Shown here: positions 18,605 through 28,934 of the stretch, piece after piece
Position numbering within the stretch: position 1 is the first letter of the stretch
How the letters are laid out: every line of letters starts with the position of its first letter
Assembly: GCA_963529235.1 (NCBI GenBank)
Contig: CAURYE010000002.1
Location: 76,167 to 140,166, forward strand
DNA length: 64,000 bases
DNA from: an uncultured Campylobacter sp.
GTDB taxonomy: Bacteria; Campylobacterota; Campylobacteria; Campylobacterales; Campylobacteraceae
Direction: 5' to 3'
Translations under genes and position numbers: made by a program
The notes under the pieces: generated by a model
Databases searched by the model: none
What the model saw: the letters and a program-made list of their open reading frames with translations, nothing else
What the model was told of the DNA's origin: nothing

Positions 18605-20272
18605 TTAATTGTAATACTCTTTAATAATTTTGCCCAGCGCGTCTTTATCGATACTCTCAAAAATCTCGATATGCTCGCTGATGCGCTCTAGCTGAGTTTT
18701 CATGCCTGTTAAAAACGCTCCGACCTCGGCGTACGCCTCTTGCAGTAGCTCTTCGGCATCCGCCGCATTTGGTATCAAAGCGCGCCCCATACCGTATTCA
18801 AAGACCATATTTTGCGCTATCTCGCGAGCTTTTTGGATGTCTGCGCCCGAGTTTGAAAATATATCGTCTTTGACCATATTTAGCGCGCTCATACCCGCCA
18901 AACAGACCTTGATACGGGCAAACATCTGCGAGCGCGACTCTATCTCTCGCTCGGGACGCATAAACTGCTCCTCGACGAGCGAAATTTTTTCAAATTCTAT
19001 CCCGAACCAATACGCCGCTAAGGCCTTTGCGCCCTGATAGAGCGCCTGGATGCGCTTTTCCTCGTCGTTGTAGCTTAAAATCCTCTTTTTACCGAGCAAG
19101 ACTTTGTTTAGAACGCTTTCAAAATCGCTAAACTCTATCATCTCGCCGCCGCGTCTTAGCGCGTTTATCGCGGCTTCGTTTACCAGCGTAGAAAGCGCCG
19201 CCCCGCTAAAACCCACGCTAATACGCGCCACGTCCTGCGCATCTACGCTCGTGTTTTTGTCTTTTAGATAGGATTTTAAAATCTCGGCCCTATCGCTAAA
19301 ATCAGGCATCGAAAGAAAAATTCGTCTATCAAATCGCCCAGAGCGCAGCAGCGCCTCGTCTATCATCTCGATGCGGTTAGTCGCGGCGATCACGATGACG
19401 CCCGAGTTATCCTCAAAACCGTCCATCTCGGTAAGTAGCTGATTTAGCGTAGCCTCGCGCTCGTCGTTTCGGTTACCGCCGCGTACCTTGCCCACGGCGT
19501 CTATCTCGTCGATAAAGATGATGGACGGCGCATAGGCTTTAGCCTTTAAAAACAGCTCATGCACGCGTTTTGCGCCCATGCCGACGTAAATTTGCACGAA
19601 GCTCGCGCCGCTTTGGTAAAAAAACGGCACTCCCGCCTCGCCCGCGACGGCCTTTGCCACTAGCGTCTTGCCCACTCCGGGAGGCCCTACCATCAGCACG
19701 CCTTTTGGCATTTTGATGCCAAATTTTTTATATTTTACGGGGTCTTTTAGAAAATCCACTATTTCGCTAAGCTCAAATTTGACGTCTTTTATACCCGCTA
19801 CGTCGCTAAATTTGACGTTTGAGATAGCAGGCTGCACGGAGCTAGCCGCGATATTTTCATACTCATAGACGTTTGCTTTTTGATTTTCGTTTTGAGCGAC
19901 GAGTTTTTGCTTTTTAAACCTCGCATAAACCGCAAGTCCCGCAAAACAGATAACGATTAGCACTAAAACGGCCAAAATTTCATCCAGTACGGGCGTGTCT
20001 TTTTTTATATCTACTGGCGCTTTTTGCATGAGTTTTCGCACGTCTACGCCGTCTTTTACGATGAGGTATTTACGCCCTCCCTTGGTCGTTAGCTCGATCT
20101 GGCCGCCATCTATCGTCGCGCTCTCGATCATACCGCCCTCTAGTAGCTTTTCGTAGCTTTCATACATTATGTTTTTTGGTTGGCTTCTGCCGACGGCGAT
20201 AGCTAACAAGACCGCTAAAAGTACTGTTAGGATGAGGATTATCTTTTGTTTATTTAGCTTAAATTTGCGCAT
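18605..20272 (-). CDS. membrane-anchored FtsH-like AAA+ ATPase lacking the HEXXH zinc-protease motif
   Basis: Walker A GPPGVGKT, Walker [10 protein letters not shown], and second region of homology [20 protein letters not shown]. Where FtsH has HEAGH, this protein reads YQGAK. Confidence 0.9.
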   Translation of the reverse strand: MRKFKLNKQKIILILTVLLAVLLAIAVGRSQPKNIMYESYEKLLEGGMIESATIDGGQIELTTKGGRKYLIVKDGVDVRKLMQKAPVDIKKDTPVLDEILAVLVLIVICFAGLAVYARFKKQKLVAQNENQKANVYEYENIAASSVQPAISNVKFSDVAGIKDVKFELSEIVDFLKDPVKYKKFGIKMPKGVLMVGPPGVGKTLVAKAVAGEAGVPFFYQSGASFVQIYVGMGAKRVHELFLKAKAYAPSIIFIDEIDAVGKVRGGNRNDEREATLNQLLTEMDGFEDNSGVIVIAATNRIEMIDEALLRSGRFDRRIFLSMPDFSDRAEILKSYLKDKNTSVDAQDVARISVGFSGAALSTLVNEAAINALRRGGEMIEFSDFESVLNKVLLGKKRILSYNDEEKRIQALYQGAKALAAYWFGIEFEKISLVEEQFMRPEREIESRSQMFARIKVCLAGMSALNMVKDDIFSNSGADIQKAREIAQNMVFEYGMGRALIPNAADAEELLQEAYAEVGAFLTGMKTQLERISEHIEIFESIDKDALGKIIKEYYN

Positions 20273-21548
20273 AGTCGCCCTCGCTTTTTACTTCAAATTT
20301 ATCTATGACCGCCCACTCTTTTAAAATTTGCTTATCCGTTTTGATTTTTACTTTGTTGTAAAATTGATCGAATCCCTCGTAAAATTCGCCGTTTAGCTGT
20401 TCGACGAGAACGTTTAGGCTCCCGCCTTTTTGGGCGTGTTCTTGCCTAAATTTAAAATTATTTTCCGCTACGATTTGCTTTAAAATTTTAAGCCTAGCTT
20501 TCGCTACGTCGCCGCTAACGTCCGTTTTCATATCCGCCGAGTGCGTACCCGTGCGCGGCGAATACGCAAAACAGTGCAAATGCGTGAGCGGAAATTTTTT
20601 AAAATTTTCTAGCGCCTCGCTCCAGATTTCCTCGCTCTCGCCCGGATGCCCGACGATATAGTCGGTTCCTAGCGCAAAGCCCATCTGGCTAAGCTCCAAA
20701 AATAGCTCCAAATCCCTAAAAGCCTGATTTCGCCGCCTCATGATGCGTAGCATCGCCTCGCTCGTGTGCTGAAGCGCGATGTGTAGATGTCGCTCTAGCC
20801 AGCTCTCTTTTAAAATCTCGCGAAAGCTCTCGTCTATCTGGCTAGGCTCTATGCTGCCTAGCCTTATGCGCTTTATGCCGCCTATTTTACCGAGCCTACC
20901 TAGCAAGCGCCCTAGGCTTGAGTCCGTATCCTTGCCGTAGCTGCCGATGTTTGTGCCCGTTAGCACTAGCTCGTTGTAGCCGTTATAGGCTAAAATTTTA
21001 GCCTCGCGCAAGATCGCTTCCTCGTCCATACTGCGCGCCTTGCCGCGGACGGCGGGGATGATGCAGTAACTGCAGGCAAAGTCGCAACCCTCTTGGATCT
21101 TGATAAAGGCTTTGGTGTGATTTTCGTAGTTCGTTACGATATTTTTGTCGATGCTTTTTAAATTTCCCAGCTCGAAAAACGGATCTTGCGACTTTAGCAG
21201 CGCGTTTATATCCTCTTTTTTACTCGCGCCTATCACGCCGAAAACCGCGCTTTTATTAAACAGCTCTTTGCCCTTACTCACAGCGCCACATCCCGTTAGT
21301 ATTACTTTGGCGCCTCGCTTTTTTATGCCGTTTATGTAGCTGCGCGCGCCGCTATCTGCGGAGTTTGTGACCGTGCAGGAGTTTACCACTACGATGTCGG
21401 CTTCGTTTTCGTCGCTGACGATATCGTAGTCTTTGACGTAGCTTTTCATCAGCTCGGTGTCGTAGATATTCGTGCGGCAGCCGAAGGTTTTAAAAAATAC
21501 CTTCTCTCGGCGCGGCTCTTGCGGGGTCAAATTTGAGCTTGATTTCAT
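20259..21548 (-). CDS. mtaB: MiaB-family radical-SAM methylthiotransferase (MtaB-like)
   Basis: N-terminal UPF0004 cysteines (FGCRTN ... NSCTV) and a radical-SAM cluster motif (EGCDFACSYC). Confidence 0.8.
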   Translation of the reverse strand: MKSSSNLTPQEPRREKVFFKTFGCRTNIYDTELMKSYVKDYDIVSDENEADIVVVNSCTVTNSADSGARSYINGIKKRGAKVILTGCGAVSKGKELFNKSAVFGVIGASKKEDINALLKSQDPFFELGNLKSIDKNIVTNYENHTKAFIKIQEGCDFACSYCIIPAVRGKARSMDEEAILREAKILAYNGYNELVLTGTNIGSYGKDTDSSLGRLLGRLGKIGGIKRIRLGSIEPSQIDESFREILKESWLERHLHIALQHTSEAMLRIMRRRNQAFRDLELFLELSQMGFALGTDYIVGHPGESEEIWSEALENFKKFPLTHLHCFAYSPRTGTHSADMKTDVSGDVAKARLKILKQIVAENNFKFRQEHAQKGGSLNVLVEQLNGEFYEGFDQFYNKVKIKTDKQILKEWAVIDKFEVKSEGDYAQI

Positions 21549-23128
21549 ATTTCCTCGCCGCCTTCGCCTATCGGCTTTGACTCGCCGGCTCTTACGCGTC
21601 TATCCATATAAATAGTCTGCGTAGGATAGGCGATCACGATGTCGTCGTGGCTAGCTATAGCCTCCATGATCTCCGCGCTTATCGTGCTTCGCAAAGATAA
21701 CGTGGCAAAGGTATTTGCCATATACCAGACCGAAATTTTCACGCCGTAAGGCTCGATAAAGGTAAATACGCGCGGCTCAACGTTTGGATTTTTGATGCTG
21801 TATTGATTTCGTAGCTTGCTCATTTGTTTTTTGGCGATTTCCGTGTAGCCTTTAGAGTATTTTCGCGCGATATCTTTGATGATGTGAGCAGCTTTTTTAT
21901 GATTTGACTCAAAGCTGAAAACTACGTCTATACCGTCCCATACAGTCTTCATGCTATGGTGCGAGTAGTTTGCTATTAGATCGGTGAAGATATAGTTATT
22001 TGGCACAAATATAATTCGCCCTGCCCTGCGGTTTGAGTTTACGGTCACGATCGTAACGTCCTCGTAAATAGTCATCCTAAGCAGCGAGATATCGATGATG
22101 TCGCCCACGACGTCCTCTCCGTCTTTGCGCACCTTTATGCGGTCGCCGACGTGAAAACTACCGCCAAAAACGATGACCGTCCAGCCTAGCATACTCATAA
22201 ACATATCTTTCATCGCAATAGCAATACCCGCAGACGCAAAGCCTAGCACCGTGACTAGATAGGTTACGTTTTCGATATAGGCAAAAAGCAAAATCACGAC
22301 GATTAGCGTGATATTTACGAGATTTATAAATTTATTCGCAGTGTAGAGGCGCTCGTTATCCGTGATCGTTTTTTTTATGATAAATTTAAACAAAAACGAA
22401 AGCGCGACCGAGGCTATTATAAAAATCACGATGTCAAGCGCCTTTTTCATCTGCGCTTTTATATCCTCGCTCGTGCGGTTTATCGCCTCGTTTACGCGCT
22501 TTTCGTACACGCCGTAAGTAGTCTTTGCGATATCGGCCGCCGCGTTAAATTCGGTAAGCTCCTGCCTGGTCTCGTTTAGCTCATCTAAAAACTGCGCTTC
22601 GTCGCTTAGCTTTACGATTTGAGATAAAATTCGCTCTTTTTTACCCAGCTCGTCCGCGGTTTTAGAAAGCCCTTCTAAGCGGTTTTTGTATTCGTCTTTT
22701 TCGCTTTTAAGCTGTTTGATGTATGAAAAACCGGGGATTACCGCGACGGGATTGGTTATCTTTTGTAAAATTTCAATCTCTGGAGCCGTTATCATGCTAG
22801 AAAACGGAGCTTTTTGAAACTCCTTTAAAAGCTCGATCTGCTCTTTTAGCGTGCTTTGCTTTTTTTGCAGCTCGAGCACTTTTTCCGTATTTTTGGCCTG
22901 CTTTTTTATCGCGGCTTCCGTTTCTTCTAGCTCCGCGCTTAGTTTTTGATAGGTGTTGTAGTTTGAGTAGCGAGTCGCCCAGACGTTATCGGATAGCTTG
23001 GACTCTATGGTATCTAGCGAGCTTTTTAGCTCGGCTAGTTGAGCGTCTTTTGCGCCGTAGTCGTCAGGGATATCGTCTACCGCCCAAACCGCCGCCGCGG
23101 CGATTAAAATAAATAAAATTTTTCTCAT
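21545..23128 (-). CDS. MscS-family mechanosensitive channel with long periplasmic coiled-coil N-terminus
   Basis: Signal peptide, ~220-aa coiled-coil region, TM helices, then the MscS beta-domain (FHVGDRIKV ... GDIIDISLLRMTIYED). Confidence 0.85.
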   Translation of the reverse strand: MRKILFILIAAAAVWAVDDIPDDYGAKDAQLAELKSSLDTIESKLSDNVWATRYSNYNTYQKLSAELEETEAAIKKQAKNTEKVLELQKKQSTLKEQIELLKEFQKAPFSSMITAPEIEILQKITNPVAVIPGFSYIKQLKSEKDEYKNRLEGLSKTADELGKKERILSQIVKLSDEAQFLDELNETRQELTEFNAAADIAKTTYGVYEKRVNEAINRTSEDIKAQMKKALDIVIFIIASVALSFLFKFIIKKTITDNERLYTANKFINLVNITLIVVILLFAYIENVTYLVTVLGFASAGIAIAMKDMFMSMLGWTVIVFGGSFHVGDRIKVRKDGEDVVGDIIDISLLRMTIYEDVTIVTVNSNRRAGRIIFVPNNYIFTDLIANYSHHSMKTVWDGIDVVFSFESNHKKAAHIIKDIARKYSKGYTEIAKKQMSKLRNQYSIKNPNVEPRVFTFIEPYGVKISVWYMANTFATLSLRSTISAEIMEAIASHDDIVIAYPTQTIYMDRRVRAGESKPIGEGGEEI

Positions 23129-24189
23129 TCAAACTCTCTTAAAACGTCCATTACGAGCTCGCGCGGCACGTCTTTTCGTATCTCGTATGCGCCGATACCT
23201 CGTGGCAGGATAAATTTGATCGCGGAGTTTTCCGCCTTTTTATCAAGGAAAAACGCCTCGTAAAAGCTGCTTGCATTTGGTACCTTGTAACTTATCGGCA
23301 GGCCGAATTTAACTAAAAGCTCCGCCGCGCGCGCCTTTTGCCCCTCGCTCATAAGGCCAAGCTTCACCGCTAGCGCGTTAGCCATATTCATACCGATCGC
23401 CACCGCCTCGCCGTGTAGATATTTTTTATAGTTCGTTTCGTTTTCTATCACGTGAGCGAAGGTGTGGCCGTAGTTTAGCACCGCGCGCACGCCTTTTTCG
23501 CGCTCGTCGGCCTCTACGGCGGAGGCCTTTATCTGCACGCAGCGGTAGATCAAATTTTGCAAATTTGCTTCATCCGTCAAATTTGCGTTCTCCATCCACG
23601 AAAATAGATTTTCGTCAAAGGTTATCGCCATCTTTACGGCTTCCGCAAGGCCTGCTGCAAATTCGCGCTTTTCAAGCGTCTTTAAAAATCCGGTTTCGCA
23701 GTAAACGGCGCTAGGTTGATAAAACGAGCCGATTAGATTTTTGCCGAATTTGTTATTTACGCCCGTTTTTCCGCCTACGCTCGCGTCCACTTGCGCTAGC
23801 AGAGTAGTCGGGATGTTTATAAATTTGATACCGCGCTCAAAAATGCTCGCCGCAAAGCCCGCCATATCGCTCACCACTCCGCCGCCAAGCGCGATGATCA
23901 CGCTGCTTCGGTCGAGGCGACTAACGAAAAGCTGCTCTAAAATCGCCTCGATAGTTTGCATATTTTTATACTCTTCGCCGTCTGGGACGCTGATAACGAA
24001 TTTTTGCGGACAATCTATGCGCGAGAGTAAATTTTGCAGATAAAGCCCGCCTACCTTTGCGTTGGTCACGATAGCGACTTTAGCGTCAAATTTAAGCTCT
24101 TTTAGCTCGTTTATATAGACGCCATATCCCGGCTTGCCGTCAAATTTTATATCTATTTTCATCTTATTCTCCGCTTTTATTTTATCCAA
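23125..24189 (-). CDS. aroB: 3-dehydroquinate synthase
   Basis: 354 aa. GGGVVSDMAGFAA nucleotide-binding motif and NYGHTFAH / HGEAVAIGM metal-binding motifs. Confidence 0.95.
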   Translation of the reverse strand: MDKIKAENKMKIDIKFDGKPGYGVYINELKELKFDAKVAIVTNAKVGGLYLQNLLSRIDCPQKFVISVPDGEEYKNMQTIEAILEQLFVSRLDRSSVIIALGGGVVSDMAGFAASIFERGIKFINIPTTLLAQVDASVGGKTGVNNKFGKNLIGSFYQPSAVYCETGFLKTLEKREFAAGLAEAVKMAITFDENLFSWMENANLTDEANLQNLIYRCVQIKASAVEADEREKGVRAVLNYGHTFAHVIENETNYKKYLHGEAVAIGMNMANALAVKLGLMSEGQKARAAELLVKFGLPISYKVPNASSFYEAFFLDKKAENSAIKFILPRGIGAYEIRKDVPRELVMDVLREFE

Positions 24190-24195
24190 AATAGC

Positions 24196-25599
24196 CTAAT
24201 TTATCGGTATAAAAATTTGATAATTATCGCTAAGGCGCGAGTACAAACGGTTCATGTCGTTTGAAAACGCCGCAAACGGATCGGGCCTGCTTATTTTTTT
24301 ACTAAAAGGCACGAACTGAAGCAAATTTTGCTCGTTTTTTAGCTTTAAAATAGGATTTATATTGCTATCCTCGACTATCTCGACCTTACGTCCGAAAATT
24401 TTAGAAAGGCTATCAAAATGCTCCTCCGCGCCCTCGCCGCCGCTAAGCGCGCCGAAGTGATATAGCGAGATTTGCGTATCTAGCTGCGCGCAGCAGTCCA
24501 TGATGACGGCTGATTGATTTTCTATCTCGTCGCCAAAACCGCTACTTAGTATCACGCCTTTTTTTATCTCGTCCGCGTCGCCTCGGCCGATAGTCGCTAC
24601 CGGCCTTTTAAGCTCAAAAAGCATCCTTTTATGAGCCGAGAAAAATTTATTATCGGTTACTATTAACCCGACGTCGTTTTTAAATACGTCGTTTTTTATC
24701 TGTTCTACGCCGCGACCGAAAAAATCAAACGTTACCGCAACCCTCTCGTCTCCGACCGATTTTAGCTTCTCGTAGGCTAAATTTAACGTCGGATTTACGA
24801 CTTTGACGTAGAGGCGTTTGCTATTTAGCTTTTCGTGCAGTTTTAGGCTCTGTTCTAGCAGCCGTAAACAAGCCTCTTCGCCCATAGCGCGCATATCTAA
24901 AAACAGATAAGTGTTATGTCCAAATGGGCTTGGGAACTGCCCCGTTTCTTTTTTCACGCTTCTAAATACGCTTAAAAGCACGCTAGGCTCGCCCACGATG
25001 AGTAAAACGTCGTTTGGCAGGATCATTAAATTTGGCTTTGCGATCATGAAATTTGAGCCGCGATAAACCATCGCGATGCGCCATTTTTTTTGCGTTATGG
25101 AGCTAATATGACGGTACATAAACGAGCTTCCTACGGGTACTTTGACTTCCATTATTTCGCCTTGTCCAAGCCCCACGTTATCGGCTACTACGGGGATATC
25201 CGGCAAATAATCCATGAGCCTGGCCGTCACGATACCTCGCCCGTCTAAAACCGTCAGGTGCGAGTCGTCCTCCAGCCCGCCTAGCCCCCACAGATCAAGC
25301 ATCAAAATTTCCGTTTTTTTACTGATTTGACGCAGATTGTTATAGACGCTAACCGTCTCAAAGCCGTCTTTTTGCATTATCATAAACTGGCTAAAATAGC
25401 CGCTAACTACCTGCTTAAGACGGTCAAAACTCGTCGGATCAAAGCGGTAAAAGGTAAAATTTTCTAAATTTTTCCCTCCCAAAATCTCCTCGTCCATAGC
25501 GATAACCGTGTAGTGATGAGCGTTATTTCGCGCTACGAATAGTCTTTCTAAGAAATATTTAGCTACAATGCCGTCCGCAACTATCAAGATATTTTTCAT
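24196..25599 (-). CDS. conserved hypothetical protein (weak TrkA-N/Rossmann-like N-terminus)
   Basis: 467-aa ORF in operon-like spacing with aroB. The N-terminus MKNILIVADGIVAKYFL resembles a degenerate Rossmann start. Function not recognisable. Confidence 0.65.
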   Translation of the reverse strand: MKNILIVADGIVAKYFLERLFVARNNAHHYTVIAMDEEILGGKNLENFTFYRFDPTSFDRLKQVVSGYFSQFMIMQKDGFETVSVYNNLRQISKKTEILMLDLWGLGGLEDDSHLTVLDGRGIVTARLMDYLPDIPVVADNVGLGQGEIMEVKVPVGSSFMYRHISSITQKKWRIAMVYRGSNFMIAKPNLMILPNDVLLIVGEPSVLLSVFRSVKKETGQFPSPFGHNTYLFLDMRAMGEEACLRLLEQSLKLHEKLNSKRLYVKVVNPTLNLAYEKLKSVGDERVAVTFDFFGRGVEQIKNDVFKNDVGLIVTDNKFFSAHKRMLFELKRPVATIGRGDADEIKKGVILSSGFGDEIENQSAVIMDCCAQLDTQISLYHFGALSGGEGAEEHFDSLSKIFGRKVEIVEDSNINPILKLKNEQNLLQFVPFSKKISRPDPFAAFSNDMNRLYSRLSDNYQIFIPIN

Positions 25600-25634
25600 T
25601 AAAACTCCAAATTTAAAGGGACTATTATATCAAA

Positions 25635-26771
25635 ATGACTTTTAGTATAGATAAAACGGACGGCGCGGCGCGCGCGGGCACGCTAATCACCGCTCACTCG
25701 ACGATCAAAACGCCCGTGTTTATGCCCGTTGGCACCGTAGGCGCCGTAAAGAGCCTAGACGCCGTGGATATGATGCAGATTTTAGACGCTCAAATCATCC
25801 TAGGCAACACCTATCACCTCTACTTGCGCCCAGGCAGCAAGGTCGTAAAGCAGCTCGGCGGCCTGCACGGCTTTACCAAATTTAACCGCTCGTTTTTAAC
25901 CGATAGCGGCGGTTTTCAGGCCTTTTCGCTAAGCAAAATCTCAAAACCCGATGAAAACGGTATCAAATTTAAAAGCCACATCGACGGTAGCACGCACTAT
26001 TTCACGCCGCGCTCGGTGCTAGATACCCAGTACGACCTAAACTCCGACATCATGATGATCCTTGACGATCTAGTAGCGCTTCCGGCTGAAAAAAAGCGCG
26101 TGGAGCTAAGCATCAAACGCACGATAAAATGGGCGCGCGAAGCGATAGATTATCATAAATTTAAGCAAAACAACGGCGAAGGCCTCACGCAAAATATATT
26201 CGGCATAATCCAAGGCGGCACGGACGAGGCGGCGCGTAAATTTTGCGCCGAAGCGCTGTGCGAGATGCCCTTTGACGGGCTTGCTATCGGCGGTCTTAGC
26301 GTAGGCGAAAGCAACCAAGAGATGTATGATACCGTGCAGGCCGTGATGCCATACATCGACGCGGCGCGTCCGCGCTATCTTATGGGCGTGGGCACTCCTG
26401 AAGACCTCGTAGAAAACGTAGCCCGCGGCGTGGATATGTTTGACTGCGTAATGCCGACGCGAAATGCGCGCAACGGCACGCTATTTACGAGTTTCGGTAA
26501 GATAAATATCAAGTCCGCAAAATTTGCCACCGACCGCGCTCCGATAGATCCAGAGTGTGGCTGCTACGCGTGCCAAAACTACTCGCGCGCCTATCTTAGC
26601 CACCTATACCGCGCGGGCGAGCTGACGTTTTTCCGCTTGGCAAGCCTGCATAACTTGCATTATTATCTAAATTTGATGCGTCAGATGAGAGAAGCGATAA
26701 TGGCCGGCGAATTTGAAAAATTTAGGCGAAATTTCTACGCCAAACGCGGTAAAGACGCGCCGAGCATATAA
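25635..26771 (+). CDS. tgt: queuine tRNA-ribosyltransferase (tRNA-guanine transglycosylase)
   Basis: LGNTYHL and TDSGGFQ motifs, and a zinc site ([17 protein letters not shown]). Confidence 0.97.
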   Translation: MTFSIDKTDGAARAGTLITAHSTIKTPVFMPVGTVGAVKSLDAVDMMQILDAQIILGNTYHLYLRPGSKVVKQLGGLHGFTKFNRSFLTDSGGFQAFSLSKISKPDENGIKFKSHIDGSTHYFTPRSVLDTQYDLNSDIMMILDDLVALPAEKKRVELSIKRTIKWAREAIDYHKFKQNNGEGLTQNIFGIIQGGTDEAARKFCAEALCEMPFDGLAIGGLSVGESNQEMYDTVQAVMPYIDAARPRYLMGVGTPEDLVENVARGVDMFDCVMPTRNARNGTLFTSFGKINIKSAKFATDRAPIDPECGCYACQNYSRAYLSHLYRAGELTFFRLASLHNLHYYLNLMRQMREAIMAGEFEKFRRNFYAKRGKDAPSI

Positions 26772-26780
26772 GGCAAAACC

Positions 26781-27473
26781 GTGAGCGAGCGCGATATCTC
26801 GGGGTACTTTTACGGCGAGGAGTGCGAGTACGTCTATCTCGTGACGGACGGCAGCGAACAAAACTATAAATTTATCTTTAAAGACGACAAAATTTACGCA
26901 CAGGACGGCAGCGAAAGCGGCACTGAGGAGTTTATCCGCGTAGTAAAAAAGATAACGAGCGAGTTTCGCGCCAAGATCGCCGAGCACTCTGCCCAGCTTG
27001 AAAGCTACGAGAAAATCTACGCGGGCAAGAGGGATTTTACTAAATTTATCAAAAAGCACGCGGTCTTAAAATACGAAATACGCAAATTTCAAAACAAAAT
27101 TTCGCACTTTTATGAGGCTTTGGCGATCTGTCAAAACGAAAGACCCGAGCTTAAAAAACAGCTCAAAAACTACGTCTACGAAGCCGGCGTGCTAAAAAAC
27201 GCAGCCTGCGAAAACGCCGCCAGGATAGATGATATCTACGCGCATATACAAAGCCTAAAAAACGACAAAATCAACCGAAACATCTACATCTTGACGCTGC
27301 TTTCGGCGCTATTTTTACCGCTAAATTTGATCACTGGATTTTTCGGGATGAATACGAACGGGATGTTTTTAGGCGGCTTTCAAAACGGCACAGCAGTAGT
27401 CGCTGGATCTATGCTTGCTCTTTTTGCTACGCTAGCGGGACTGTTTTATTTTCTAAGTAAACGGCGCGAGTAA
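26781..27473 (+). CDS. short CorA/ZntB-like divalent-cation channel protein
   Basis: C-terminal two TM helices with GFFGMNTNG (GMN signature). GTG start. Only 230 aa. Confidence 0.7.
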   Translation: MSERDISGYFYGEECEYVYLVTDGSEQNYKFIFKDDKIYAQDGSESGTEEFIRVVKKITSEFRAKIAEHSAQLESYEKIYAGKRDFTKFIKKHAVLKYEIRKFQNKISHFYEALAICQNERPELKKQLKNYVYEAGVLKNAACENAARIDDIYAHIQSLKNDKINRNIYILTLLSALFLPLNLITGFFGMNTNGMFLGGFQNGTAVVAGSMLALFATLAGLFYFLSKRRE

Positions 27474-27582
27474 ATTTGCAAGGTCATTTGGCAGCTAGCT
27501 AAATTTAACTAGCCATCAAATTCGCCGCAAATTTAACGAGCCCAAATCAAAACCGCAAATCATGCGCGCGGCATAGTCAAAT

Positions 27583-28932
27583 TTACTCCGCTTTTCCCGC
27601 CGTCGCTTTATAGATACCGATTTCGTCTTGCAAAATTTTATATTTTTGAGCTAGCAGGCTGATCCTACCTTCAAGCAGCGAATTTTGCGCCTCCAGATAG
27701 TTTTTTAGCTCCGTTTTGCCGTAATCGTATTTGAGCTTATATATGTCGCTGATAGAGCTTAGATTTCGCAAATTTTCGTTTAAATTTCGCAAAACCGCCT
27801 CGTCTTTTTGCAGATTTTTATAGCCGGCATCAATCTCGTTTAGCGCGGTCGTTAGCGTCTGCGCGTAGTTTAGCTTCATAGTCTCAAACTCAAGCTCGGA
27901 AATTTTTAGCTTCGATTTAAGCTTAGAGTAGTTTAAAAACGGCAAATTTATCGCGATATTTCCGCTTAAAAAATTTAGCTTAAGCCCCTCGCTCGCGCTA
28001 TCTCCGCTACCGCTAAGTCCTGCGCCTACCGTGATGCTTGGATAAAAGCTTTTTTCGCTAACCTTAACCCCCAAAAGCGCCTCTTTGATGCGCGAGATCG
28101 CCGCTTGCAGGTCGGGGCGCGAGCCGATAACGTAAAGCGGCACGTTTAAATTTACGCCCTGCGGCTGGATATCGCTTAAATTTCCGCTCAAATTTAAATC
28201 AAACTCTGGCTTAACGTTTAGCAGATTTCTTAGCGTTTTTTCCGCCGCGTCAAGGCTCTTGCTCGCGTTTAAAATTCTATTTTTAGCCGAGATCACCGAG
28301 CTTTTTACCTGTTTTAGGCTTAGCTCTTCTTCTTTACCCAGCTCAAATTTAGCCTTTATGATAGATTCTAGTTCTTCATAGTTTTTTAGCGTCTTTTCGT
28401 ATAAAATTATGCTCTCTTTTTGATATTTTGCTTCAAAATACGCGTCCGCGACGGAGTTAACAAGCGCGAGTCTAGCGGCCTCTAGGTCGTATTTGGTCGC
28501 GTTTGCCTCCCACATGGCGGCGTCTGCGGAGTTTGCGAGCTTGCGCCACAGATCGATCTCGTAGCTTAGCGAGATGCCGCTTTTATAGCTCTCGCTCCAG
28601 CTACCGCCAGTTTTTATATTTTTACCCGTTTCCGCGCCCAAATTTGCGTTAAAGCTAGGTACGAGATCGGCTTGTAAGACGCCTGCTTGAGCTAGGGCTT
28701 TATTTACCGCGATGGCTGATTTTGCCAGATCGATATTATTTTTTAGCGCAAGGCCGATTAGCTCGTTTAGCCTAGGTTCGTTATAGCCTCGCCACCACTC
28801 GCGTTCCAGCCTAAAATTCGCCGTCAAATTTGCATCGTCTTTTAGCAAAATTTGCTCGTAGTTTTCGTTTATCTGCGTTACCGCGCAGCCGCCGAGCAAA
28901 AAGGCGGCCAGGATTATGGAGATTTTTTTCAT
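27583..28932 (-). CDS. outer-membrane efflux lipoprotein (TolC/NodT family)
   Basis: Lipobox LLGGC and two OEP-type repeats. It is the last gene of the macA-macB operon. Confidence 0.9.
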   Translation of the reverse strand: MKKISIILAAFLLGGCAVTQINENYEQILLKDDANLTANFRLEREWWRGYNEPRLNELIGLALKNNIDLAKSAIAVNKALAQAGVLQADLVPSFNANLGAETGKNIKTGGSWSESYKSGISLSYEIDLWRKLANSADAAMWEANATKYDLEAARLALVNSVADAYFEAKYQKESIILYEKTLKNYEELESIIKAKFELGKEEELSLKQVKSSVISAKNRILNASKSLDAAEKTLRNLLNVKPEFDLNLSGNLSDIQPQGVNLNVPLYVIGSRPDLQAAISRIKEALLGVKVSEKSFYPSITVGAGLSGSGDSASEGLKLNFLSGNIAINLPFLNYSKLKSKLKISELEFETMKLNYAQTLTTALNEIDAGYKNLQKDEAVLRNLNENLRNLSSISDIYKLKYDYGKTELKNYLEAQNSLLEGRISLLAQKYKILQDEIGIYKATAGKAE

Positions 28933-28934
28933 TT

